Shown here: piece by piece, positions 49,972 through 59,604 of the stretch | Layout of the letters: every line of letters begins with the position of its first letter | Numbering within the stretch: the first letter of the stretch is position 1 | NCBI GenBank assembly: GCA_015523565.1 | Contig: WAKA01000131.1 | Coordinates: 1-59,604 of the forward strand | Direction: 5' to 3' | DNA: 59,604 bases | Source: Candidatus Heimdallarchaeota archaeon | Lineage (GTDB): Archaea; Asgardarchaeota; Heimdallarchaeia; Heimdallarchaeales; Kariarchaeaceae | Made by a program: the position numbers and the translations under genes | The notes under the pieces: generated by a model | Seen by the model: the letters and a program-made list of their open reading frames with translations, nothing else | The model's database searches: none | Told to the model about the DNA's origin: nothing

Positions 49972-50764
49972 TCAACAATGAATATACCTTTTGGTAAATG
50001 TATCTGAGGGCAATGACATCATACCTATTGTATTCAATCATTTTGTTTCTAAGGGAATTGTTGAGAACTTTTTTTTCATAGGCAAGGGCAAACAGATATC
50101 CAAGGCTTTTGCTTTTTTTGCTGTAGGCACCTAATTTTTTCTTAAGGGAATCAAGGCTGGGATCCCACAATTCCTTTTCATAATTTGAATAACCTAACAA
50201 ATAGCTTAATTTTTTCACACTGAAACCAACAGGCGTGACAACCTTGTTTTTTAGTATTTTCATCAAATCTTGATGCTGTAGCTCATCTAGAATAGGAGAC
50301 CATTTATCCGCAATTTTAAGGGATTTTCTTAAACAGATGTAGTCAAAATCATTTCCAGAAGAAGAAAGGAGGATTGAGTCGGTATGAGTTTCTAGGAATT
50401 CCTTCACTTTCTTTTCGAAAAACCCAGGTTTTTTCTTGAAGTAAGAGACAGGTTCACTATCATTTGTCGCAAATGAGATCAAAAACAAGGAATGTTTGGT
50501 TGCGCTAGCCTCAACATCATAAAAAATTATGTTTTTTGGATCGGGAAGTGAAATGTGTTGTTTGATATAAAATGCTCTTTTTTTCAGGAGCATGGCTCGG
50601 AATTTGATGGTTTGCACTTCTGGAATATTTTGAATGCCAAGTACAGATGCAAGCATTTCGTCATTTTTGCTCAACAATGCATCAATGGTTTCAATTCCCG
50701 TATCCGTCAACTTATGCATACGATTTTTTGAAATTCCTTCGATCATTGCCAAATTTTGGAGCAT
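49937..50764 (-). CDS. HhH plus RNase H-like DEDD exonuclease (YprB / RNase_H_2-like)
   Basis: IEGISKNRMHKL..TGI HhH; IFYDVEA, GNDFD, FSVKKL...LGY, YNRYDV. Confidence 0.8.
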   Translation of the reverse strand: MLQNLAMIEGISKNRMHKLTDTGIETIDALLSKNDEMLASVLGIQNIPEVQTIKFRAMLLKKRAFYIKQHISLPDPKNIIFYDVEASATKHSLFLISFATNDSEPVSYFKKKPGFFEKKVKEFLETHTDSILLSSSGNDFDYICLRKSLKIADKWSPILDELQHQDLMKILKNKVVTPVGFSVKKLSYLLGYSNYEKELWDPSLDSLKKKLGAYSKKSKSLGYLFALAYEKKVLNNSLRNKMIEYNRYDVIALRYIYQKVYSLLNGKDKGFVPIV

Positions 50765-50834
50765 GTGTTAATATAATTAAAGATCGGCAAATTATTAACT
50801 TTATGCAAAATTAATAGCTTTAAGTGGAGACCGT

Positions 50835-51182
50835 TTATTCGACAGAATATTCATTTATCTTGTCAATTAAATGTTGATCCCGCAAAATGAGTATATCGTC
50901 ACTTTTATCGCTTGTTTGTTTGTCATTGATGAACCCGATAATTTCTTTTTCTAGTATTAGGGTTAGTAAACATTTGTTCAGGGTTTCAAAGTCCATTTCC
51001 AATGACTTAGACATCACATCGAAAGGGATCTCGTCATGGAATTTTTTGCGATTTTCCTTTACAAATTCCAAAACAGAAATCAAATCAGCGGGAGGAATTG
51101 TTTCTTTTTGGATTTTCAATGAATCTTTCAAATTCTGTAATGCTTTCTTGACTTCATCTTTCTCATTAAACAATTTTATCAC
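50835..51182 (-). CDS. Small protein with a PCI-like winged-helix domain
   Basis: EIPFDVMSKSLEMDFETLNKCLLTLILEKEIIGFIND fits the PCI consensus (i.f..la..l.l....ve..l..li....i.g.id). Confidence 0.6.
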   Translation of the reverse strand: MIKLFNEKDEVKKALQNLKDSLKIQKETIPPADLISVLEFVKENRKKFHDEIPFDVMSKSLEMDFETLNKCLLTLILEKEIIGFINDKQTSDKSDDILILRDQHLIDKINEYSVE

Positions 51183-51284
51183 GTTTTCTCACATTTTTGA
51201 AGATAAAAACCTTTTTCCCAAAATGATGGAAATCAACTTTATTTCCAAAAGATTTTTTAAAGAACCATATTACACTTGATTTGA

Positions 51285-51470
51285 ATGAAATACATGATTG
51301 GGCTTTCAATCTTCCTGTTTTTTTCCAGCATATTAATGATCAATGCCACAAATAATGAGCCCATTATTAAATCAGGAATTAATGGAACAATCCCCATTCT
51401 TGCATTGGCGTTCCTTGGATTTGTTCTTCCAAAGCTTATCAAAAGAGATCAGAATGATGCGGAAAGTTAA
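51285..51470 (+). CDS. Small two-TM hypothetical protein
   Basis: 61 aa, two hydrophobic stretches, 4-nt convergent overlap with the next gene. Confidence 0.4.
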   Translation: MKYMIGLSIFLFFSSILMINATNNEPIIKSGINGTIPILALAFLGFVLPKLIKRDQNDAES

Positions 51471-52123
51471 TCCTCAGTAATGATTTCAACATCAAATCCG
51501 TCATCTTCAATGAAATCATCGTCTTCATCAATCAACTCATCGTCGTCGTAAAAATCCTCATCATCATCAAATTCGTCTAAATCTTCGAAATCCTCGTCAT
51601 CCTCATATTCAACAGAAACATCATAGCCATGAATTGGAGTATTGAAATCAACATCAGTTTCAAATTCACCTTCTTCAATTGCAAATTCCACGCTTTCTGC
51701 ATCAATGTCTTCTTCAACATATTCTTCAAAGCTTTCTCCAAATTCATCCTCCAATAGGTTGTTTTCTGGGAATTCCTCATCAATATCGAAAAATTCATCT
51801 GGACCATAACTATCCAAATCTTCATCGCTTGCTACAAACTCTACCCCTTCATCAGACAGAAGGTCAAAATCATCCATCAATCCTTCGTCGAAATTTTCGT
51901 CTGCATAAAATCCATCATCAAAATCGTTATCAAACTCAAAATCAATGTCGTCAACTATGTCTTCCAAGTCATCAAAGAATTCTTCTTCTAGGTAAAATTT
52001 GTTGTCCTTAGACCTAGAGACAGTTGACGTTGTTTTACACTTGTAGCAGACAATTTGGTCTCCTTCGTTTACCCATTTTAGTTTGATTATGGTTTCACAT
52101 GAGGGACAAGTCAGAAATATCAT
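51467..52123 (-). CDS. Zn-ribbon (LysW-like) protein with a very long Asp/Glu-rich tail
   Basis: CPSC...GDQIVCYKC, then about 170 aa dominated by D/E/F with essentially no K/R. Confidence 0.8.
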   Translation of the reverse strand: MIFLTCPSCETIIKLKWVNEGDQIVCYKCKTTSTVSRSKDNKFYLEEEFFDDLEDIVDDIDFEFDNDFDDGFYADENFDEGLMDDFDLLSDEGVEFVASDEDLDSYGPDEFFDIDEEFPENNLLEDEFGESFEEYVEEDIDAESVEFAIEEGEFETDVDFNTPIHGYDVSVEYEDDEDFEDLDEFDDDEDFYDDDELIDEDDDFIEDDGFDVEIITED

Positions 52124-52170
52124 AATTCTTACACTTTTAGTCCAATTGATAATTAAGAATTTATCGGAAA

Positions 52171-54069
52171 CTAACTACTTTGTCTATTTCCATACTGCAT
52201 TTTTCTGACTTTGGAATAGAGATCCCAAATCATTCTTTTCTTTTCATTATCTTCTTCAATGGTATTTTGGTCAGTCAATCCAGAGGAAATCAATAATCTT
52301 TGGAAAGTTATCAGGTTTTGTTTTAAGGATTTATGGAGGGAGATATATCGTGTTCTTAATGATTCCAGCATTTCCCCATATTTTTTTTCCTTGTTTGCAA
52401 CCTTGTCCATTTGTTCTTCAACTTCTGCTGTAAAATCAGGGCGGATAACTTCCGACCATATGGGAGCCAATGATAGGATTAAGACCCGTCCCCAAAGAGT
52501 GGAAGTCAATTGAGTGCCTTTTCTGACAATATAATTCCGATCCTGCAATTTCTTGATGATTTCTGGTCTAGAGCTTTTTGTTCCGATACGTTTCTTTTCC
52601 ATTTCAACAAGGAGCATACTATCACTGATTCGTTTTGGGGGCTGGGTTTTTGTTTCAAGAAGAGAAATTTTCTTAATGCCAAGTTTGTTCAATCCACTTA
52701 ATTCAATTTCGTCACTCCGGACAGAGTGCCAGTTGGCGGATTCCTTCCACCCCAATTGGACAGTTTTTTTAAGCCGACCAACAAACGGTTCATCACTGAT
52801 TGTCACTTGAAGGAGTACGTTCTCTGAAATAAAGTCATGCATAAACATGGCGATATAATGTCTAGTAATGATTTCCCAAGTTCGGTAAACATTTGGCGAC
52901 AATGTTGCAAGCATTTTCATTTCACCAGTAGGATGAATTGGATCGTGATCTTCGGTTTCCATTTTCTTTCCGTTTCGCCGAACCTGTTTTTTTTCTGTTA
53001 TTTTTGAGATCAGGGCATGGAGGGGGGGAAAAACGTCAAGCTTATCCAGAATCTCGGTATGAGGAAAATTATCGGAAAATTTTGTATTTTCGGTTCGTGG
53101 ATATGAAATGAGTTCTTTTTCATATAATTCTTCAAGATATGAGAGACAGACGGAAGATGGCTTTTTCAAAAGCCGGCTTAATAGAGCAATTGCAGCAGTA
53201 GTATTAAGTGGGACAGGTGGTTTTTCAGATTTCTGTTGAACATTTATGTTTTTTATCATTCCATTTTTCTCGTCTTTTACTTTTTGGAATATTGCATTTG
53301 CATCTTCTTTTTTAGAAAACGGTTGTTTTTCATGAGTCAATTTTAACCGTCCATATTCTGTTAACGCCTCTATGTTCCATTTTTTTTTACTCTTGAATTG
53401 CTCATGCTCAAAATCCCTTTCTACAACCATATGCAAGGTAGGCAATTGAACCCTCCCTAAAGATATCACCTTTACTTTAGCAACCTTTCGTGCAGCCATT
53501 GTCACCTCCCTTGTTCCTGCAAAACCAAGCCAAGCATCAGTATACCTTCGTCCCATAACGGCCAATGCTAGATTGTCCTCCCATTGCAGGGGATGGTCAA
53601 ATGATCGAAGAATTTCTTTTTTTGTGAGAGAGGAATTCCAAATCCTTCGAATAGGTAAATTATGCTTCTTGACCAAAGGAGAGAGTATTTGCAATGCCTC
53701 GTAAGCAATATTATCGCCTTCAGAATCAGGATCAGTTGCGAACCAGATCTCGTCCATCCCCTCTGCATTTTTTTTAAGGATGGAGACATAAGGTCGTTTA
53801 TTGACCAGATGCAGGGCATTTTTGTTTTCCACTAAGTCCAAGGGATCACATTCACCCCAACCAAATCCTTTTCTTGTTTCAATTGTAGTGATATGACCAG
53901 CCAATGGCAAAAAGGTAAATACAAAAACTTCTCCGTGACTAGTTTTTCTGTTTCCAGTGTAGGTATAGATAAACTTAGCTTGTTTTTTGGAGGTAAAACT
54001 TCCACAAACAGCTTCTGCGAATTTTTTCACTTGACTTGTCTTTTCGCCGATCACTAATATTTTTCGCAT
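52171..54069 (-). CDS. topA: DNA topoisomerase IA (archaeal TopA / Topo III-like)
   Basis: TOPRIM IGEK, LAGHI, ATDPDSEG, SLGRVQLPTL, catalytic ISYPRTE, DHDPIHPT, IGT.SSR..II; no C-terminal Zn ribbons. Confidence 0.93.
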   Translation of the reverse strand: MRKILVIGEKTSQVKKFAEAVCGSFTSKKQAKFIYTYTGNRKTSHGEVFVFTFLPLAGHITTIETRKGFGWGECDPLDLVENKNALHLVNKRPYVSILKKNAEGMDEIWFATDPDSEGDNIAYEALQILSPLVKKHNLPIRRIWNSSLTKKEILRSFDHPLQWEDNLALAVMGRRYTDAWLGFAGTREVTMAARKVAKVKVISLGRVQLPTLHMVVERDFEHEQFKSKKKWNIEALTEYGRLKLTHEKQPFSKKEDANAIFQKVKDEKNGMIKNINVQQKSEKPPVPLNTTAAIALLSRLLKKPSSVCLSYLEELYEKELISYPRTENTKFSDNFPHTEILDKLDVFPPLHALISKITEKKQVRRNGKKMETEDHDPIHPTGEMKMLATLSPNVYRTWEIITRHYIAMFMHDFISENVLLQVTISDEPFVGRLKKTVQLGWKESANWHSVRSDEIELSGLNKLGIKKISLLETKTQPPKRISDSMLLVEMEKKRIGTKSSRPEIIKKLQDRNYIVRKGTQLTSTLWGRVLILSLAPIWSEVIRPDFTAEVEEQMDKVANKEKKYGEMLESLRTRYISLHKSLKQNLITFQRLLISSGLTDQNTIEEDNEKKRMIWDLYSKVRKMQYGNRQSS

Positions 54070-54125
54070 TCAATCAAATTCAGTTCAAGACATTTTAAAA
54101 CATCAAGTATTATCCTGAAATACAA

Positions 54126-55967
54126 TTGGTGTCTGAATTGGAAAATAAGCAAAAAGAATTGAAAAGAAAAACCAGTCAAATCAAAAAGAAAAAACTGAAA
54201 CAGATACGTTTACTTGCAATATTTTTCGCGATAGTCTTGATAGAAATCATTACTTTGTTTTTTCTATCCAGAAAGCTAAGTCCAGACATATCGGACACAA
54301 ACCCGACCAATATTTTGGGGAAGGAAGCAATACATTTTGGTTTGGGAATCTTTGGATTTTTGTTGTTTTTTACAATTACCTTCGCATTTACAAGAGCAGT
54401 ATTCATCAACCAGCGTAAAAAAATGGGATTACAACCCATGATTTCAAAAAAATCAGTGCTCTATATTGTCGTTCAATTACTGTTCATATCCTTACTTTTT
54501 ATATTGGTTGACATTTCACTTATCAATGTATTTACCCTGCATGGGCTTGTTGTACCTACATGGCTTATAGTCATAGACTTACCCTTGGATTTTGCCACAT
54601 TCCTGCCGAGGGACACTGACCTTATTGCTTATGCAACATATCGAGCCTACTTTTTCATAGGGTTTCTTTCTGTTTTGTTGCTTTTTCCGATAGCTTCTAT
54701 GATTGCAATCTTGACTAGATATGGGAGGAAAAAATTAAATGAAATTGATGCAAAATCCTTGCTTCTTGCAAAATCACCTTTGATATCTGCATTTTACAAG
54801 GGAATTTCCATTATTGTCGTATCCATAGGGATAATTGTCATGAGCTATTTGCTGATCATAAATCCTGCATCTTGGGTTTCCATTCTGGTTTTGGGAAGTG
54901 TCATGATTGCACTTACCCTGTTGTTTTTGGCAGTGTTCTTTTTGCTTTTAGACATGCTTCGCAGGCTTTTGAGACTCAGTTTCGCCATAGGCGGTTATAA
55001 TATAATGATGTCCATTCCAGTTGTTTTCATTTTTTACATTCTTCCAGTACTGCTATGGACATTTTGGGATCTTTTTGTGATATTGTCAAGGAAAACTACG
55101 GAACGAACAGTATATGATACGTCTAATGTAGTGGTTGGCATAGAAATACCAAACATTGACCCTTCGACTTATACACTTGCCTCTTCACCCACATCACTCA
55201 TCGAATTAGGTATTCAAACTCTTAAATTGAATTTTTTCAGCCCTATAAGAATCTACGAGCTTGACTTTATTTTCATTGTGGGAATAAGTGCAATTGTTTT
55301 AGGATTTGCAGAAGGGTTTTCAGTCATTTCAATTTTTAAGAGAATGTTAAGTGGCATTAGAGGAGGGGAATCTATTGGAACAATACAAGGGTCAACAGCC
55401 CTTTTTAGATTGGGGCAGTCTCTTCTTTTGCTTTCTTGGACAATTATAGCATGGGATAGGTTTGTTGGATTTTTTAGATTTCTGGGAGATGAGTTTGGTT
55501 TTAATTTTGGTTTTGAGTTTTTGGTGTCTCTTGACTTTATTTTTTCATTTTTACAGGGATATCCAGTTCCGCAAGAGCTTGTTGAGGCAATCATCCTCTT
55601 TGTGGTACCATTGTACATTATTTTTGTTTCCAGTTTGAAATTTTTCTCAATTACATTGGTAATGGATAAGGTTAAGGATGATCTGGCAATATTCCTGTTG
55701 TTGATCAGTTCTGCATTCACCTTGATTGTCACGAAGATTTATAGTGACATTTCTGAATTGCCACAGTTTGATGGACCACATAAAAAGGATCTACCCTTTG
55801 AAATTCTTCAAACAAACACGCCATTGCCCTTTGTAATGAAAATTTTCAGAAACATTGAAAGTATCGCATTTTATGCAGGGGTTGGATGGGCAATCATATA
55901 TGCATTCAGATCACTGAAACAAAAGCTCCAAGATAAAAAGAAAAATAAAGAGTTGGAGTTTATGTAA
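54126..55967 (+). CDS. Large polytopic membrane protein of unknown function
   Basis: 613 aa, about 11-13 hydrophobic helices, basic N- and C-termini. Confidence 0.75.
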   Translation: MVSELENKQKELKRKTSQIKKKKLKQIRLLAIFFAIVLIEIITLFFLSRKLSPDISDTNPTNILGKEAIHFGLGIFGFLLFFTITFAFTRAVFINQRKKMGLQPMISKKSVLYIVVQLLFISLLFILVDISLINVFTLHGLVVPTWLIVIDLPLDFATFLPRDTDLIAYATYRAYFFIGFLSVLLLFPIASMIAILTRYGRKKLNEIDAKSLLLAKSPLISAFYKGISIIVVSIGIIVMSYLLIINPASWVSILVLGSVMIALTLLFLAVFFLLLDMLRRLLRLSFAIGGYNIMMSIPVVFIFYILPVLLWTFWDLFVILSRKTTERTVYDTSNVVVGIEIPNIDPSTYTLASSPTSLIELGIQTLKLNFFSPIRIYELDFIFIVGISAIVLGFAEGFSVISIFKRMLSGIRGGESIGTIQGSTALFRLGQSLLLLSWTIIAWDRFVGFFRFLGDEFGFNFGFEFLVSLDFIFSFLQGYPVPQELVEAIILFVVPLYIIFVSSLKFFSITLVMDKVKDDLAIFLLLISSAFTLIVTKIYSDISELPQFDGPHKKDLPFEILQTNTPLPFVMKIFRNIESIAFYAGVGWAIIYAFRSLKQKLQDKKKNKELEFM

Positions 55968-55995
55968 TTTGTTGATCTTTAATAATTGATATAGG

Positions 55996-57132
55996 GTGGA
56001 TAAAATATCTGAGTTCATTGATTCCACAATTGCAGAGATCATTGCGAAAGAACATCGGAAGATACGTCAGAGAGAGATTTGGTTAACAAAATTTCGGAGA
56101 ATTGAAATCCCACGACTTCCAAGTACAGTATGGAAAGAGGAGAAGCTATTCCACCAAATCCCAAAAAAAGTTTCCAAGTATTTGCGGATTGCTGCAGTTG
56201 ATGGAGGATTGATACAGCAGGAGCTCAGGGGATTTGACCTTATCCTAACCCGCGCAGTTGTGCCAATTTTTAAGGGATTGGGGGATCGAGTTACTGTTGA
56301 ATATTTTCCTGAATTTAACCCACGCCCACAATTTTCTATTCATCCATCTTTTGAGAGTAGACAGCAATTGAGCCGGATTGCAACTCTGAAAAGATTAAAA
56401 ACAGAGTATGAAATTGCGCTTCAAGCTTTACAGGTGCAAAAACCAAAGATTCTTTTTATTGATGGATCTGTAAAACCTTTAAAAAGCGATTTTTCAAATG
56501 TAAATGAAACAGAAATTCTTCAAGTTTTGGAAAATGAGGTTAAATCAATTTATCTGGAACTCGTAAGGGAATCAATCAGAAATGAAACCATTCTGATAGG
56601 GCTAGTAAAGGATTCCCGTTCAAGAGAATTGGCAACCCATTTATCATCTACAATTATACAATGGATAAGGGAGAGAAAAATAAAGACAGAAGAGATAAAA
56701 GGGCACCGACTCGTTCTAACGACCATTCTCGATGCGGAACTATGTTCATACCTTTTGGAAGTGGGACAAAGAACAGCATGGTTTCAGTCATTGACACCTT
56801 CGTGGATTCCACTCAATCCAAAAATTGAATTTTGGATCTCATACATAAAACCCGTTGCAAATGATTTGCCATTGAGAATTGAAGTTGTGTATCCAATAGG
56901 TGAAGGATGGTTCAAAAAACACTTGGATCTTGCATTGGGTTCTCTTTATGTCATGTCTCAACATGGATTGGAAACTTCACTTCCATCAATCTTGATGGAG
57001 GCTGATGAAAGGGCAAAAATCCCCTTGACCACAGCAGAATTCATTGTTGAACAATTAGCAATGATGTTGGGTGTTCCTCTTTCATTCTTAAAAAAAAGGC
57101 GAAGCTACTTGCTGGACATGGATAACAGCTAA
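55996..57132 (+). CDS. nurA: NurA family DNA double-strand-break repair nuclease
   Basis: IAAVDGG, LFIDGS, LIGLVKDS, PLRIEV, LP..LMEADERAKI. Confidence 0.88.
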   Translation: MDKISEFIDSTIAEIIAKEHRKIRQREIWLTKFRRIEIPRLPSTVWKEEKLFHQIPKKVSKYLRIAAVDGGLIQQELRGFDLILTRAVVPIFKGLGDRVTVEYFPEFNPRPQFSIHPSFESRQQLSRIATLKRLKTEYEIALQALQVQKPKILFIDGSVKPLKSDFSNVNETEILQVLENEVKSIYLELVRESIRNETILIGLVKDSRSRELATHLSSTIIQWIRERKIKTEEIKGHRLVLTTILDAELCSYLLEVGQRTAWFQSLTPSWIPLNPKIEFWISYIKPVANDLPLRIEVVYPIGEGWFKKHLDLALGSLYVMSQHGLETSLPSILMEADERAKIPLTTAEFIVEQLAMMLGVPLSFLKKRRSYLLDMDNS

Positions 57133-58259
57133 TTTTTTGTGTCGGGAGTGGTATTAATCGCCAAGTCAAGGAAATCTTGGTAGGTCATCATATCTAAACG
57201 TTCCTTGAGACGGAGATTTTTCCTGATTTTGATTTCCACTTCTTCCAGTTCGTTCTCAATAATGGATTTGAGATTTCGAATTTGGAGAAGATGGTAGACC
57301 ATATTTTTCTTTTCAGCGATAGTTTTTGCTTGATCAAGGAGGTCATACGCATGATCCAAATTCATTTCCAGGATTGCAAATTTCGCTTCAAGTAAAAGGA
57401 CATTAACCAAAAGGGTGTTGGATTCTTTGGATTTAGCTAAATCGTAAATTTTTCTTGTGATTCTCTTGGTTTTTTCCAAGAGTTCAGCGTTGTCTACGCT
57501 TCTTAGCTGTTCCAACAATAAGTCGCAATATTGGGTAAGGGTAAAAACATGCATTTCATACTTTAAATCAGGGAGTTTTAGGATTTGCTCAAAATATTCC
57601 TCTGCTTTCACTTTTTCTTTCCATGTCGATTTGGTTTTGGCATACATTGCGTCAATCAGCATGAGCTCTGTTTTTGAAGGAGCACAGAATTCGACATTAT
57701 TTTCCAGCAGATCTCGGGTTTTTTGAAGGGAATGCTCATCATTTGTTTCAATGTAGCTCAAGGCCAAATAAAAAAGGATTTGACATTCATTGTATCTCAA
57801 CCCATATTTTTCGATGATATGCAATGCCTTTGAAAGATTTTGTATTGCATCTTCAAATAGTCCTTGGTTATAATTCAAGATACCCAAGCTTTCATAGGAA
57901 CGAGCCACTGCCTCTTGTGTTGTGTCTAAGTCAACACCTTCCCTGATTTTCTCCTTTGTCAATGTCATGATTTCATAGCATTCCTTGAATTTTCCCTGTT
58001 TCCAAAGATCCCCCAACTGCAATATCCGATCCTTCAAATTTATGATATAGTCCCTTCGGGAAACGCTGAGGCTGACTGCTTTTTCGGCGTATTCAAGAGC
58101 ACTGTCGAATTCACCCTTCAGCATGTTTATTTTTGCATGTAAAGCCAAAGCCTCAATTTCATCTTCCTCTTTTTCAAAGGTTTGATCGCGTAAGATGGAA
58201 AGAGCCTCCTTTAAAAGCCCTTTATCTATCATTTCCTTGGCTTGTGCCAAAGCATCCAT
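57129..58259 (-). CDS. Tetratricopeptide repeat protein
   Basis: Repeated TPR helices such as ARSYESLGILNYNQGLFEDAIQNLSKAL and AKINMLKGEFDSALEYAEKA. Confidence 0.85.
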   Translation of the reverse strand: MDALAQAKEMIDKGLLKEALSILRDQTFEKEEDEIEALALHAKINMLKGEFDSALEYAEKAVSLSVSRRDYIINLKDRILQLGDLWKQGKFKECYEIMTLTKEKIREGVDLDTTQEAVARSYESLGILNYNQGLFEDAIQNLSKALHIIEKYGLRYNECQILFYLALSYIETNDEHSLQKTRDLLENNVEFCAPSKTELMLIDAMYAKTKSTWKEKVKAEEYFEQILKLPDLKYEMHVFTLTQYCDLLLEQLRSVDNAELLEKTKRITRKIYDLAKSKESNTLLVNVLLLEAKFAILEMNLDHAYDLLDQAKTIAEKKNMVYHLLQIRNLKSIIENELEEVEIKIRKNLRLKERLDMMTYQDFLDLAINTTPDTKN

Positions 58260-58315
58260 ATGGTACAGGTAAAAGAAGCAAATTTAATTTTGTTTCAAAA
58301 AAAATGAAAAAATAA

Positions 58316-58996
58316 TCAATTATTTGATGAATCTTCTGCAAAGACATTGTCATACAAAAGACCTGCGAGACAGCCTCCAATAATTGGACCCAACCAATAA
58401 ACAAAATGATTTGCAAAATCAAAAGAAACCAAGGCAGGACCAAATACCCGAGCAGGGTTGAGTGCGGCACCAGTCATCGGACCAATTGCCAAGATCATAA
58501 ATCCGACAGTTCCGCCTATTGCATACCCGAATATTTGATCTGGAGCCCTATGATCTGCAGCAACTGCCCAAATGACAAATACCAAGAAAAATGTACCAAC
58601 AGCCTCGGCAAGTACTGCGATCCATATGTTATAGTTTGGAGAGACGTGGGGGAAACCCAAAATGCTTGGTGCATTGTCCATTGAAGAAGGTTTTAGCACG
58701 ACCAATAGTATCCCTGCAAAAATTGACCCCGTCAATTGTGCAAGTATATAGATTGCAGAAGATTGTAAATCCAATTTTTTAGTGACTGTGAATGAGAGTG
58801 TGACAGCAGGATTATAGTGAGCACCACTAAATCGACCACCAAAGTAAATCATTATTGACAACACCAAAAAGTGAGCAATGGCAACCCCAAGCAATGTCAA
58901 ATTGCCGATATCCGCTTGGAGAACTGCAAAGCCACCCACAAAAACCAGTCCAAAAGTTCCTAAAAACTCTGCAACAATACCTCGTTTGTCAATCAT
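58316..58996 (-). CDS. Aquaporin / MIP channel
   Basis: AEFLGTF, SGAHYNPAVT, TGAALNPARVFGP, YWLGP. Confidence 0.95.
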   Translation of the reverse strand: MIDKRGIVAEFLGTFGLVFVGGFAVLQADIGNLTLLGVAIAHFLVLSIMIYFGGRFSGAHYNPAVTLSFTVTKKLDLQSSAIYILAQLTGSIFAGILLVVLKPSSMDNAPSILGFPHVSPNYNIWIAVLAEAVGTFFLVFVIWAVAADHRAPDQIFGYAIGGTVGFMILAIGPMTGAALNPARVFGPALVSFDFANHFVYWLGPIIGGCLAGLLYDNVFAEDSSNN

Positions 58997-59065
58997 GATA
59001 TGCTATATTATGAGATAGTTAAAATCCTGTTGGTAATTGAAATACATAATATCATTTTTTTGAAA

Positions 59066-59533
59066 CTAATCTGGAATGTATTGGACTTTATTGGGACGTC
59101 CAGGATACAGTTTTAATTTGTTTTGCTTATTTTTGGACAATTTACGGACGTAAGTTCGAACAGTAGGCTGTGGAACATTTAAGGCAAAAGCGATTTCAAT
59201 TGTGCTGAAGATTTCATTTGGATGTGACTTGAGGAAATTATATACATGATCATAGATATAACCGGGTGGACGTCGCCTATTTTTAGAAGGATTGACAGAG
59301 TTGATTTTTGTTGGAGGTGGATCCGAATTGGCAAGGGCAGATTTTATTTTGTTTATTCTCTGCTCCAAAGACAAATTCATCAATTCCTCATTTTTTAAGA
59401 GTTCAAAATAGACATGAATTGCTTCAACGGTAAACTGGGTTTGACTAATGTCAAGTTTTTCCGATCCCGATTTGACTAGGTTCAGTGTTTCTTCGTCCCA
59501 CCTCTGCGAGACGGCAACTTTACGTTTCCCCAA
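59066..59533 (-). CDS. Putative DNA-binding protein (N-terminal ribbon-helix-helix-like, C-terminal winged helix)
   Basis: VAVSQRWDEETLNLV...ISQTQFTVEAI and VYNFLKSHPNEIFSTIEIAFALNVPQPTVRTYVRKL; TTG start. Confidence 0.65.
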   Translation of the reverse strand: MGKRKVAVSQRWDEETLNLVKSGSEKLDISQTQFTVEAIHVYFELLKNEELMNLSLEQRINKIKSALANSDPPPTKINSVNPSKNRRRPPGYIYDHVYNFLKSHPNEIFSTIEIAFALNVPQPTVRTYVRKLSKNKQNKLKLYPGRPNKVQYIPD

Positions 59534-59604
59534 AATTCACTCAGGTTATTTTGGATTCCAAATAATAAAATTCCTTTGGTATGAATGTGGTTTATCCTTT
59601 ATAC

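Noticed and set aside
51467-52123. Bona fide LysW carrier protein
   Set aside because: No C-terminal EDWGE, about four times too long, and no lys/arg genes nearby
5220-58782. Numerous 60-190 aa ORFs overlapping longer genes (e.g. 5220-5573, 11106-11510, 17874-18440, 48593-48967, 55253-55732)
   Set aside because: Antisense or alternate-frame shadows of well-supported genes, with no recognisable motifs

Overview
Gene-dense archaeal chromosomal window, roughly 35-40% GC by eye. It is very likely from an Asgard archaeon (Heimdallarchaeia-like); this is inferred from a Rab-like small GTPase, a stand-alone PCI-like domain and a TPR protein sitting among archaeal markers (geranylgeranyl reductase, CofE, Kae1, NurA, class III/pilin signal peptide). 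No rRNA, tRNA, CRISPR array or transposase was recognised. The first 5.2 kb holds a rearranged, partly decayed duplication of a nitroreductase - secreted gene A - anchored gene B module, with reciprocal pseudogenisation and an internal micro-inversion that the ORF track misses. The most interesting loci are: (i) a 1287-aa type IV pilin-like protein with about 13 tandem beta-sandwich repeats, directly downstream of an invasin/Big-1-like surface protein; (ii) a Rab-like GTPase coupled to a 1286-aa protein with a degenerate P-loop ATPase domain and a helical C-terminus; (iii) a co-oriented cluster of topoisomerase IA, hyperacidic Zn-ribbon protein, PCI-like protein, DEDD nuclease and JAB/MPN+ protease; (iv) a MoxR-vWA-SWIM operon; (v) a chemoreceptor with a stand-alone Hpt protein. 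All calls come from motif recognition by eye; no database searches were run.
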